From: Methanothermus fervidus DSM 2088
GTDB taxonomy: Archaea > Methanobacteriota > Methanobacteria > DSM-2088 > Methanothermaceae
Reading direction: 5' to 3'
Assembly: GCA_000166095.1 (NCBI GenBank)
Contig: CP002278.1
Coordinates: forward strand, 840,001 to 872,000
DNA length: 32,000 nt
Below the pieces are notes generated by a model. It was not told the origin of the DNA, ran no database searches, and saw only the letters and a list, made by a program, of their open reading frames with translations. A program made the position numbers and the translations under genes. Of this stretch, positions 23,328 through 32,000 are shown piece after piece (the first letter of the stretch is position 1; every line of letters starts with the position of its first letter).

Positions 23328-23697
23328 ACTTCCATCCTTCTGGAAGAACACCTTTCCTCTTGTAATATTTTACTAGACGCCTGATCTTTGACTCTATTAA
23401 TTGCAATCCTCTCTTACTATGTAGATCTTTTGGATGTTCTTTTAGGTGTTCACGTAATCTAACTGCTCTACGAATTAAATTCATTAAATCCTCAGGATAT
23501 TCTGGCTTTAAGCCATGTTTTTCAAGTATTTGTGTAATTTTAAGTCCAATGACATCCTTTACTTTTGGAATTCCATATTGATCTCTTAATATTATACCTA
23601 TTTTGCTTGGTGGATGGCCTTCTTTGTATAATTTCACCACTAATTCTTCTATTTCTTCTTTTGAATAATCTACCCAGTCAGGTTTTCTTCCTCTCAT
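23293..23697 (-). CDS. rpsO: Ribosomal protein S15 (uS15)
   Basis: [51 protein letters not shown]...[59 protein letters not shown]. True ATG at 23697. Confidence 0.96.
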   Translation of the reverse strand: MRGRKPDWVDYSKEEIEELVVKLYKEGHPPSKIGIILRDQYGIPKVKDVIGLKITQILEKHGLKPEYPEDLMNLIRRAVRLREHLKEHPKDLHSKRGLQLIESKIRRLVKYYKRKGVLPEGWKYDPEKAAVLVK

Positions 23698-24263
23698 TTG
23701 ATCACCTTCTGTTGTTTTTTGAACCATGATACAAATTTTCTAAAGGATTTGCCTCTATGTGATATTCTGTTTTTTTCTTCAGGATCCAATTCTCCAAATG
23801 TTTTTTTGTATCCTTCAGGATAGAAAATGGGATCAAATGCAAAACCCTTATCACCAATCTCCTCTGTAGATATATTACCTTTAACTACTCCTACAAAAAT
23901 TTTAGGTTTTGAACCTGGTTCACAATAACCTACAACAGATTTAAATTCAGCTTGTCTATCCTCTATGTTTTCCATTAATTTAAGTATACCTTTATTTCCT
24001 ATTGTTTTTTGTACATAGGAAGAATAAGGCCCTGGAAATCCATTTAAGGCCTTAATAAATAATCCTGCATCCTCAACAATTACAGGGTGATTGAGTTTTT
24101 CCGCTAATTTTTTTGCTGCATGAGAAGCCACTTCTTCTAATGATCCTTGGATCTCATAATATTTAACATTTCTATGCTCCATCTCTATATTATTTTCCTC
24201 AAATATTTTCCTTGCCTCAGATACTTTGTGTAAATTACTAGTTATAAATATTACCTTTTTCAT
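23694..24263 (-). CDS. rdgB: XTP/dITP diphosphatase (Ham1/RdgB family)
   Basis: [18 protein letters not shown]...[28 protein letters not shown]...[19 protein letters not shown]...[14 protein letters not shown]. Confidence 0.95.
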   Translation of the reverse strand: MKKVIFITSNLHKVSEARKIFEENNIEMEHRNVKYYEIQGSLEEVASHAAKKLAEKLNHPVIVEDAGLFIKALNGFPGPYSSYVQKTIGNKGILKLMENIEDRQAEFKSVVGYCEPGSKPKIFVGVVKGNISTEEIGDKGFAFDPIFYPEGYKKTFGELDPEEKNRISHRGKSFRKFVSWFKKQQKVIK

Positions 24264-24289
24264 GTCTTTCCCTCATAACTTTTTAAGAA

Positions 24290-25912
<1,623 letters not shown>

Positions 25913-25942
25913 TTATATATCCCCAGTTTTTTATCTGATATT

Positions 25943-26527
25943 ATGGATTTTTTAGACTTAATACATTACTACAATAATTATCTATTCAATATAATTAATC
26001 ATAAATTAGATAATCCATATTTTGACGTCATAATGCCTACAATTACCAATTTTGGAGCCCCTAGTGTTTTATGTTTATTTTTTATAGTAATGTTTTTCCT
26101 TAGCAATAAGAAAGATAAAAAAATAGCTTTACTTTCTGTTTTAAGCATAATTATTGCGGAAAGCATCGTCACAATTTTAAAATATACTGTCAACGAACCT
26201 AGACCATTCCTTGTGATTCCAAACGTAGATCTTTTGGTTGTAGAAAAAGGTTATTCTTTTCCATCAGGCCACTCTGCAGCTGCATTTGCAGTAGCAATGA
26301 TACTTGGAAATAAATATTATATTAAATTAAAAGGGAGAAACATTTCAATGTGTTTAACACTGTTTTATGCAATCTTGATAGCATTTTCAAGAATTTATAT
26401 AGGAGTTCATTATCCTATAGACGTGGTTGGTGGAGGAATTGTAGGAATTTTCTCTGCATATGTTATTTTAAAATTTGAAAATAATATTTACATGATTTTG
26501 AAAAAATTAATCAACTCTATACCTTAA
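25943..26527 (+). CDS. PAP2-superfamily membrane phosphatase
   Basis: [42 protein letters not shown] (PAP2 motifs C1-C3) within multiple TMs. Confidence 0.93.
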   Translation: MDFLDLIHYYNNYLFNIINHKLDNPYFDVIMPTITNFGAPSVLCLFFIVMFFLSNKKDKKIALLSVLSIIIAESIVTILKYTVNEPRPFLVIPNVDLLVVEKGYSFPSGHSAAAFAVAMILGNKYYIKLKGRNISMCLTLFYAILIAFSRIYIGVHYPIDVVGGGIVGIFSAYVILKFENNIYMILKKLINSIP

Positions 26528-27625
26528 AATAGCAGCTATACCTCCAAAAGCCTGCATTAGTTGTTTACCTTCATCGGTATCTGTAGATACAAATATTATC
26601 TCAGCTCCAGTATTTTCTGCAAGATCCATTAATTTTTTAACAAATTTTTCATTTTTTGACCCAAATTCTTCAGAAATTAGAAGAGTTTCTACAGCACCCA
26701 TTTCTAAACATTTTAATATTTCATCCTTACCATATGCCGCAAGTCCTTCATCTTTTACTAACTCATTTAAAAATTTTTGCACAGCTTTTTTCTCCTGAAC
26801 AATACTAATTTCAGAGAGAGTATCTGTAGCTTTATTTACAAGTTCTTTCAATCCAAATTCTCCTGTATATGATATATCAAAAGTACCAATTATCTTTTCT
26901 TTGAGTTCATAATGCAGATAATCTCCCTTTGCAAAATCTTCTTTTGTTGGGCCAGGACCACCTATTAATATACCTTTCAATTCATCTTTCATAGGTAAAA
27001 ATAATTCATTCATGTGTTCACCGATCCTTTTTAAAAATTCATGTGCTGCCCACTCTATTATCCTGTCAAATCGTCTTTGTGACTGTCCTCCTGCTTTATG
27101 TTTCCCAGGGACACCACTAGTTAATACCTTAAGTACTTCAATTCTTTTACCTTTAAGTAATCCAATAGTAGCTTCTCTACGATCTATAACAGCCAACCCA
27201 TATACGTCCTTTTCTTCTAACATTTCCTTTAAAGGTTCTAAATAAAATTTAGAATTGCAATGATATACATATGATGTTATTGGCTCTGGTGGCTCAAGAA
27301 CATAAGTTTCCATTTTTTCTGTACCAGGTCCACCTTTAGGAATCATACCTGTAAATATAACAAGTCCATTTTTTGGAGGTTTATCAAAAAGTTTCAGTCT
27401 TTGCATTATCACCTCTATTCCTGACTGCACGTTTTTTCTTGTTTGTTTACTTTTTATATTAGCACTTTGGCTCAATTCTTCACGCATATGTTTCATAACA
27501 TCGCTAATTTGTCTGTCAGGTGGTATATATACAGATATTAATTCTGTACCTCTACCTTTTTTCTTGGATAATTTCTCTATAGTTCTTTTAAGTTCATATC
27601 TGTCCCTAGATGATTTGCTGTCCAC
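26507..27625 (-). CDS. prf1: Peptide chain release factor subunit 1 (aRF1), apparently lacking the C-terminal zinc mini-domain
   Basis: [15 protein letters not shown] (NIKS motif), [11 protein letters not shown] (GGQ motif), C-term [62 protein letters not shown]. Confidence 0.96.
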   Translation of the reverse strand: MDSKSSRDRYELKRTIEKLSKKKGRGTELISVYIPPDRQISDVMKHMREELSQSANIKSKQTRKNVQSGIEVIMQRLKLFDKPPKNGLVIFTGMIPKGGPGTEKMETYVLEPPEPITSYVYHCNSKFYLEPLKEMLEEKDVYGLAVIDRREATIGLLKGKRIEVLKVLTSGVPGKHKAGGQSQRRFDRIIEWAAHEFLKRIGEHMNELFLPMKDELKGILIGGPGPTKEDFAKGDYLHYELKEKIIGTFDISYTGEFGLKELVNKATDTLSEISIVQEKKAVQKFLNELVKDEGLAAYGKDEILKCLEMGAVETLLISEEFGSKNEKFVKKLMDLAENTGAEIIFVSTDTDEGKQLMQAFGGIAAILRYRVD

Positions 27626-27758
27626 AATTTTCCTCCTAGTTTTTTATAATATTGAATTTTTGATTTTGCCTTTATAACTTTTTTCGAAACAAAACATAAA
27701 AAATTTAAAAAACATTGTCGAAATAAACCAATTGTATAAAAAATGTTGAGGTGAAGAA

Positions 27759-28208
27759 ATGTTGTGGAGAGGAATACTATACATAATATTGGGGATTTTA
27801 TTTTTAATGTCTCCAATTGGCGGTGTTAAACTTTTAAGTATATGTACGGGACTAATACTTCTATTAATTGGTATACGACTGATTTTAACAGCAAAAGGCT
27901 TATTACCATTGAGAATATACCATCTAATTTTGGGAGTTATTTTAGTGATAGTCAGTGTCTTATTAATATTCCAAATTATTCCTATTAGCATATTCCTGAC
28001 AGCAGGATTGTACATTGCAGGTATCTTAGTGATTATTGCCGGAATATTCATGTTTACATTAAATCTCAGGAATATTGGTGTTCTATCTCTGCTAATAGGA
28101 GTTCTCTATATAATAACCGGAACTTTATTATTAAATCCATTCTACCTTGGAACAATAATTGGACTAATATTTTTAATACATGGAATTATTCTATTAAGGA
28201 CATTGTAG
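27759..28208 (+). CDS. DUF308/HdeD-like multi-pass membrane protein
   Basis: Multiple TM repeats, e.g. LYIILGILFLMSPIGGVKLLSICTGLILLLIGIRLI...LRNIGVLSLLIGVLYIITGTLLL; GAGGTGA SD upstream. Confidence 0.75.
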   Translation: MLWRGILYIILGILFLMSPIGGVKLLSICTGLILLLIGIRLILTAKGLLPLRIYHLILGVILVIVSVLLIFQIIPISIFLTAGLYIAGILVIIAGIFMFTLNLRNIGVLSLLIGVLYIITGTLLLNPFYLGTIIGLIFLIHGIILLRTL

Positions 28209-28219
28209 ATTTAAGCGAT

Positions 28220-28420
28220 TCAATGTTTACTAAGCATCATATATATCCAGACTGCAATGAAAGCTAGAAGTGCTAAATACATTACCATCCTTGTTTTTTT
28301 AATTCTTTCGTGATTTTCGATTAATATTCTTTCACATTCAGGAGAACAAGTTCTCTTGTCAAGTGGTATAGGTTTACCACAAACAGGACAATGTTTATGT
28401 GGCTCTACCAATTTAAACAC
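28220..28420 (-). CDS. DUF2116-like zinc-ribbon protein with C-terminal TM segment
   Basis: HKHCPVCGKPIPLDKRTCSPECERIL...MVMYLALLAFIAVWIYMML. Confidence 0.85.
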   Translation of the reverse strand: MFKLVEPHKHCPVCGKPIPLDKRTCSPECERILIENHERIKKTRMVMYLALLAFIAVWIYMMLSKH

Positions 28421-28421
28421 C

Positions 28422-29093
28422 TCACTTTGGAATGACTGTTGTACCTACTTCACCTTTAAGGACCCTTAAAAGATTTTGTGGGTCTTTTCCATTTGCAATT
28501 TTTAATTTTATTTTTGACCTACTAACAACATCTAACGCGGTTCTATCAAAAAATTCATAAGTACCTGCCATAGATTTGTTATCTAAAACCTCTAACATTT
28601 TACTTATAGTTACTTTACTATAAAATTTCGCATCCTTATATTTTTTTGGGTCTTTATCATAAAAACCATCTACAGATGTTAAGTTAATTAAGATATCTGC
28701 ATCCACAAACTCTGCCAATATCGCTCCAACAGCGTCTGTACTATGTGCAGGTTCTGTTCCTCCCATTATAACTATTTTCTTGCTTTCAGAAAATTTCAAA
28801 GCCTCTTGAAAATTTTTAGCTATTTCTGGATATGCACTGTCTCCCAAGGCTATTTTTAATAATTTTGCATTAAGTCTAGTTACATCAATTCCAATATCAT
28901 CACACTGTGCTTCATTAGCTCCTAAAGATCTTGCTAAGGCTATATATTCTCTTGCAGGTTTTCCACCACCAATAACTATCCATATTTTGTGATCTTTACT
29001 TAAATCTCTCAGTATTTTTGCATATTCTCTGAATTTTTTGGGATTAGAATCTTCCATAAGTACTGATCCACCGATGATGATAACGATCTTCAT
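28422..29093 (-). CDS. pyrH: UMP kinase, archaeal type
   Basis: IVIIIGGSVLM...WIVIGGGKPAREYI...DDIGIDVTRLNAKLL...GGTEPAHSTDAVGAILAEFVDADILINLTSVDGFYDKDP. Confidence 0.95.
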   Translation of the reverse strand: MKIVIIIGGSVLMEDSNPKKFREYAKILRDLSKDHKIWIVIGGGKPAREYIALARSLGANEAQCDDIGIDVTRLNAKLLKIALGDSAYPEIAKNFQEALKFSESKKIVIMGGTEPAHSTDAVGAILAEFVDADILINLTSVDGFYDKDPKKYKDAKFYSKVTISKMLEVLDNKSMAGTYEFFDRTALDVVSRSKIKLKIANGKDPQNLLRVLKGEVGTTVIPK

Positions 29094-29140
29094 ATTACCA
29101 CCTTGCTACAAATAAATCTGTAACATTTATATCAAAGCAC

Positions 29141-29150
29141 TTTATATAAA
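29141..29150. promoter_or_regulatory. Palindromic TATA element (TTTATATAAA) in the divergent pyrH / small-ORF intergenic region
   Basis: tttatataaa at 29141-29150, about 26 nt upstream of the small + strand ORF's SD; palindromic, so could also act toward pyrH. Confidence 0.4.
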
Positions 29151-29175
29151 AAGACATAAGTTTTAGGTGAAAACT

Positions 29176-29352
29176 ATGGAAGAAGATGACCTTTTCGATT
29201 TCGAGGAAGAGAGTAGAAGGTTCACCGAAATTGTAAATGAAATTCGAGAACGGCGTATTAAAGCCGAAAGAAGGCGCAAATTTATTAGAATATTTTTCCC
29301 CATCCTTGTTGTTATGGGGATGTCCATAGCTATCTTATTTTTACTCTTATAA
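29176..29352 (+). CDS. Small (58 aa) tail-anchored membrane protein, uncharacterised
   Basis: MEEDDLFDFEEESRRFTEIVNEIRERRIKAERRRKFIRIFFPILVVMGMSIAILFLLL; AGGTG SD before ATG 29176, TATA-like element upstream, single C-terminal TM. Confidence 0.7.
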   Translation: MEEDDLFDFEEESRRFTEIVNEIRERRIKAERRRKFIRIFFPILVVMGMSIAILFLLL

Positions 29353-29429
29353 AAATAATTTTATTAAACTAGTTTAGATTATTAATTTGTCAGTCAAATT
29401 TATTTTACTAGCTTAATGTGGAGGATATA

Positions 29430-30056
29430 ATGATAGAGGATAAAATAAAACTACTTAGAAAAGCTGCACAGGTATCTACAACAGAAAGTGCAGAAAATGT
29501 ATGGTGTGTCATAGTAGGAAACAAAGAAGTAATAGACACAATAGTTTATGAAGTAATGTCATTAAAAGAGAATGTCAAAATATTATTAAAAAGAAAGATG
29601 AAATTAAATGAATTATTCATAACTCGAAAATTTAATTTAATGGTGCTATATGGTGAAGAATCACAAATACGTGAATTAAGTTTAATATGTAAAGAAATAG
29701 GAGGTTTAGCATTAAAAATTGCGCCATATCATGTTAAAAACAATTCCAATTTGGTACTTATTGTGGGCTTACTACCTCATGTAAAAAAATATATTGGTAA
29801 ATTAGAAGATAAAAATATAAAATTTTCAATAATCTTAAGAGAAGAAACAAGTAGTTTTATAGACACTGACGTCAGATTACTAAAATATTTGCCAAACTTT
29901 GTTAAAGATATATTGGATCCACTTTTTAAAGTTACTGATGTCCTAGTATCTACAATTTTACTATCAATAGATAAAAAAGATTTTGAAAAAATAGATGAAA
30001 TAAAAAGCAAAGATGTGTTCGTCTTGAAATTCAGAGAAATAATGGGAGAGAAATAA
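29430..30056 (+). CDS. Hypothetical protein immediately upstream of the MreB-like gene
   Basis: 208-aa ORF from ATG 29430, preceded by GTGGAGG; one-nucleotide gap to the mreB-like ORF. No motif I recognise. Confidence 0.8.
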   Translation: MIEDKIKLLRKAAQVSTTESAENVWCVIVGNKEVIDTIVYEVMSLKENVKILLKRKMKLNELFITRKFNLMVLYGEESQIRELSLICKEIGGLALKIAPYHVKNNSNLVLIVGLLPHVKKYIGKLEDKNIKFSIILREETSSFIDTDVRLLKYLPNFVKDILDPLFKVTDVLVSTILLSIDKKDFEKIDEIKSKDVFVLKFREIMGEK

Positions 30057-30057
30057 A

Positions 30058-31146
30058 ATGTTTTTTAAAAAAGAGAGCGAAAAAAAAGAGAATAAAGAAA
30101 AAGTGACAAGAAAAAAAGTCTCAAACGTAAAATCTTTAGGAATTGACCTAGGTACCTTAAATACGGTTGTAGCAGTTCCAGCAGGAGATAAATTTGAAAT
30201 ATATGAAATACCATCTGTAGTAGCTGTAAAAAAAGAAGATCCATCACATGTATTAGCTGTTGGAGAAGAAGCCAAATTAATGCTTGGAAGAACTCCTGAA
30301 GATATAATAGCTGTAAGACCATTGAGAAGAGGAGTAATAGAGAGCATTTCACAAGCTAAGGCCTTACTCATTCATGCGGTGAAAAAAGGTTCAAAGAACG
30401 ATGTTTCTTCTGTTGAAAGAATAGTAGTTGGTGTTCCTGGAGATGTTTCAGAAGTAGAAAGAAAAGCTGTAGAAGAGATTAGCAAGGAAATCGGAATAAA
30501 AAATGTTATAACTATAAGTGAAGCATTGGCAGCTGCAATCGGTGAAGGTTTACCTATTGCAGATGCATCTGGTACAATGATTATTGATTTGGGTGCAGGA
30601 TCCAGTGACGTCGCTGTTATATCACTTGGAGGAATTACAGATATTGAAACTTTCAGATATGGTGGAGACAATATCGATGAAAATTTAGTTAGGCTTGTAA
30701 AAGAAAAATATGATGTAGAAATAGGATTACATGAAGCAGAAAAATGTAAGATCAAAGTGGGAATGGTTAAATGCAACAAAGAATTAGAAAATAAAAAAAT
30801 TAAAATAATTGGAAAATGTTCAAAAACAAATAAACCAAAAGAGATAACTGTGGATTCTAAGATGGTAGCAGAAGCTGCTGAGCCATTAATGAAAAAACTT
30901 ATAAATGCATTATCTGACATCTTAGAAAGATTGTCTCCAGAATTAATTTCCGGTGTTTATAAAAGATCTGTTGTAGTTGGAGGAGTCTCACAGATAAGGG
31001 GGTTAAAGGAAAGAATATACGAGGAAGTAGGAATTCCTGTAAAAATCTCTAATGATCCATTGAAAGTTGTAGCTAAGGGGGCAGCCATAGTAGCTGCAGA
31101 ACCTAGGGCATTAGAGCCAGAAATAAGATTGAAGGCTATGAAATGA
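30058..31146 (+). CDS. MreB/Hsp70-superfamily actin-like protein (archaeal MreB-like)
   Basis: SLGIDLGTLNTVVAV (phosphate 1), VVGVPGDVSEVERKAV, TMIIDLGAGSSDVAVISLGG (phosphate 2), VVVGGVSQIRGLKERIYEEVGIPV (adenosine motif). Confidence 0.9.
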   Translation: MFFKKESEKKENKEKVTRKKVSNVKSLGIDLGTLNTVVAVPAGDKFEIYEIPSVVAVKKEDPSHVLAVGEEAKLMLGRTPEDIIAVRPLRRGVIESISQAKALLIHAVKKGSKNDVSSVERIVVGVPGDVSEVERKAVEEISKEIGIKNVITISEALAAAIGEGLPIADASGTMIIDLGAGSSDVAVISLGGITDIETFRYGGDNIDENLVRLVKEKYDVEIGLHEAEKCKIKVGMVKCNKELENKKIKIIGKCSKTNKPKEITVDSKMVAEAAEPLMKKLINALSDILERLSPELISGVYKRSVVVGGVSQIRGLKERIYEEVGIPVKISNDPLKVVAKGAAIVAAEPRALEPEIRLKAMK

Positions 31147-31745
31147 GCATACTTGGGATAGATGAAGCAGGTAGAGGTCCGGTTTTAGGCCCATTAATAG
31201 TTTGTGGTGTTTTGGTTGACGATGAAAATAAACTAAAAAAATTAAATGTAAGGGATTCTAAATTATTAAGTCCTAGAAGGAGAAAAATTTTAGCAAAAGA
31301 AATAAAAAAGGTGTCAAAGTGCTTTATAGTAAAAATACAAGCATATGAAATTGATAAATTGAGAATTGCAGGTATTAGTTTAAATGAAATTGAAAGGATA
31401 GCTATGAGCAAAATTATTAAAAATGCAAATCCAAAGAAAGTAATAGTGGATTCAATAGACATTAAACCTAAAAGATTAAAGAAAAAACTACAGAAAGAAA
31501 ACATTGAAGTTATTGTAGAACATAAAGCAGATGAAAAATATCCAGTAGTTTCAGCGGCTTCAATAGTTGCAAAAGTTGAAAGAGATTCTGAAATAGAAAA
31601 ATTGAAAAAAAGATACAATTGTGATTTGGGTTCAGGTTATCCTAATGATCCAAAAACTATAAAATTCTTAAAAAAATTTAAAAGGAGTGAACTACCTGAT
31701 TTTGTTAGGAAAACATGGAATACAGTGGAAAAATTATGTAAATAA
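31143..31745 (+). CDS. rnhB: Ribonuclease HII
   Basis: SILGIDEAGRGPVLGPLIVCGVLV...VDSIDIKP...EHKADEKYPVVSAASIVAKVERD...GSGYPNDPKT. Confidence 0.96.
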   Translation: MSILGIDEAGRGPVLGPLIVCGVLVDDENKLKKLNVRDSKLLSPRRRKILAKEIKKVSKCFIVKIQAYEIDKLRIAGISLNEIERIAMSKIIKNANPKKVIVDSIDIKPKRLKKKLQKENIEVIVEHKADEKYPVVSAASIVAKVERDSEIEKLKKRYNCDLGSGYPNDPKTIKFLKKFKRSELPDFVRKTWNTVEKLCK

Positions 31746-31747
31746 GC

Positions 31748-32000
31748 ATGAACATCAAAGAATTTGAAAATAAAGAAGAAAAAGTGTTTCTTATAAGGAA
31801 TATAATAGAAGTTAGGATTCCAAAGAAAAGCTATCTTAAACTTATAAAAAAATATCCAAAAGAATACATAATTTCCTTTTCTAAAGAAAAAAAGATTTTT
31901 CATAGCATCACACATAGACCTCTCTACTATATAACAAAGGAAAGTGGAATACCTCTACTTGGATATAATGCATTTGGATTGATAGACAGAGGAACAAATT
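31748..32000 (+). CDS. Partial ORF, N-terminus of a possible archaeal radical SAM protein (continues past window)
   Basis: My translation MNIKEFENKEEKVFLIRNIIEVRIPKKSYLKLIKKYPKEYIISFSKEKKIFHSITHRPLYYITKESGIPLLGYNAFGLIDRGTN...; resembles the pre-CxxxCxxC region of such proteins, but the cluster itself is outside the window. Confidence 0.5.
   Translation, partial: MNIKEFENKEEKVFLIRNIIEVRIPKKSYLKLIKKYPKEYIISFSKEKKIFHSITHRPLYYITKESGIPLLGYNAFGLIDRGTN

Noticed and set aside
27644-28051. 135-aa minus-strand ORF between prf1 and DUF308
   Set aside because: Mostly antisense to the DUF308 ORF, which has a proper GAGGTGA SD and coherent TM repeat structure.
30372-30920. 182-aa minus-strand ORF
   Set aside because: Antisense to the well-supported MreB-like gene.
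31136-31618. 160-aa minus-strand ORF
   Set aside because: Antisense to RNase HII; Phe/Ser/Leu-rich artefact.
31637-31915. 92-aa minus-strand ORF near the window end
   Set aside because: Antisense to the RNase HII end and the partial + strand ORF; Phe/Lys-rich artefact of AT-rich DNA.

Overview
This window looks like an ordinary, gene-dense archaeal chromosome segment. Gene content and order strongly suggest Methanobacteriales (AT-rich, Methanobrevibacter/Methanosphaera-like; this is an inference). The first ~16 kb is the tail of the ribosomal-protein/RNA polymerase supercluster: secY end, adkA, DUF106, L34e, cmk, L14e, cbf5/truB, tRNA-Ser(GGA), S13, S4, S11, rpoD, L18e, L13, S9, rpoN, intron-containing tRNA-Pro(GGG), rpoK, enolase, S2 and MEMO. 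It runs directly into isoprenoid genes (mevalonate kinase, isopentenyl phosphate kinase, type 2 IPP isomerase, prenyl synthase) interleaved with RNase J and GluRS. After that come dapL, desulfoferrodoxin, a family-B DNA polymerase N-terminal subunit that stops just after motif C (split PolB), aconitase X, RecJ-like DHH nuclease, S15, a Ham1-type pyrophosphatase, a Kae1-Bud32 fusion, a PAP2 phosphatase, an aRF1 that seems to lack the C-terminal zinc mini-domain, DUF308, DUF2116, UMP kinase, an MreB-like actin paired with an uncharacterised ORF, and RNase HII. I found no CRISPR array, defence island, transposon or other clearly novel multi-gene system. The most interesting details are the intron-bearing tRNA-Pro (C33 and an 11-bp competing hairpin), the shortened aRF1, the split PolB, and a few small uncharacterised membrane or cytoskeleton-linked ORFs. 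rpoN (6874..7044) and rpoK (7186..7362) are real genes missing from the supplied ORF track because they are too short.
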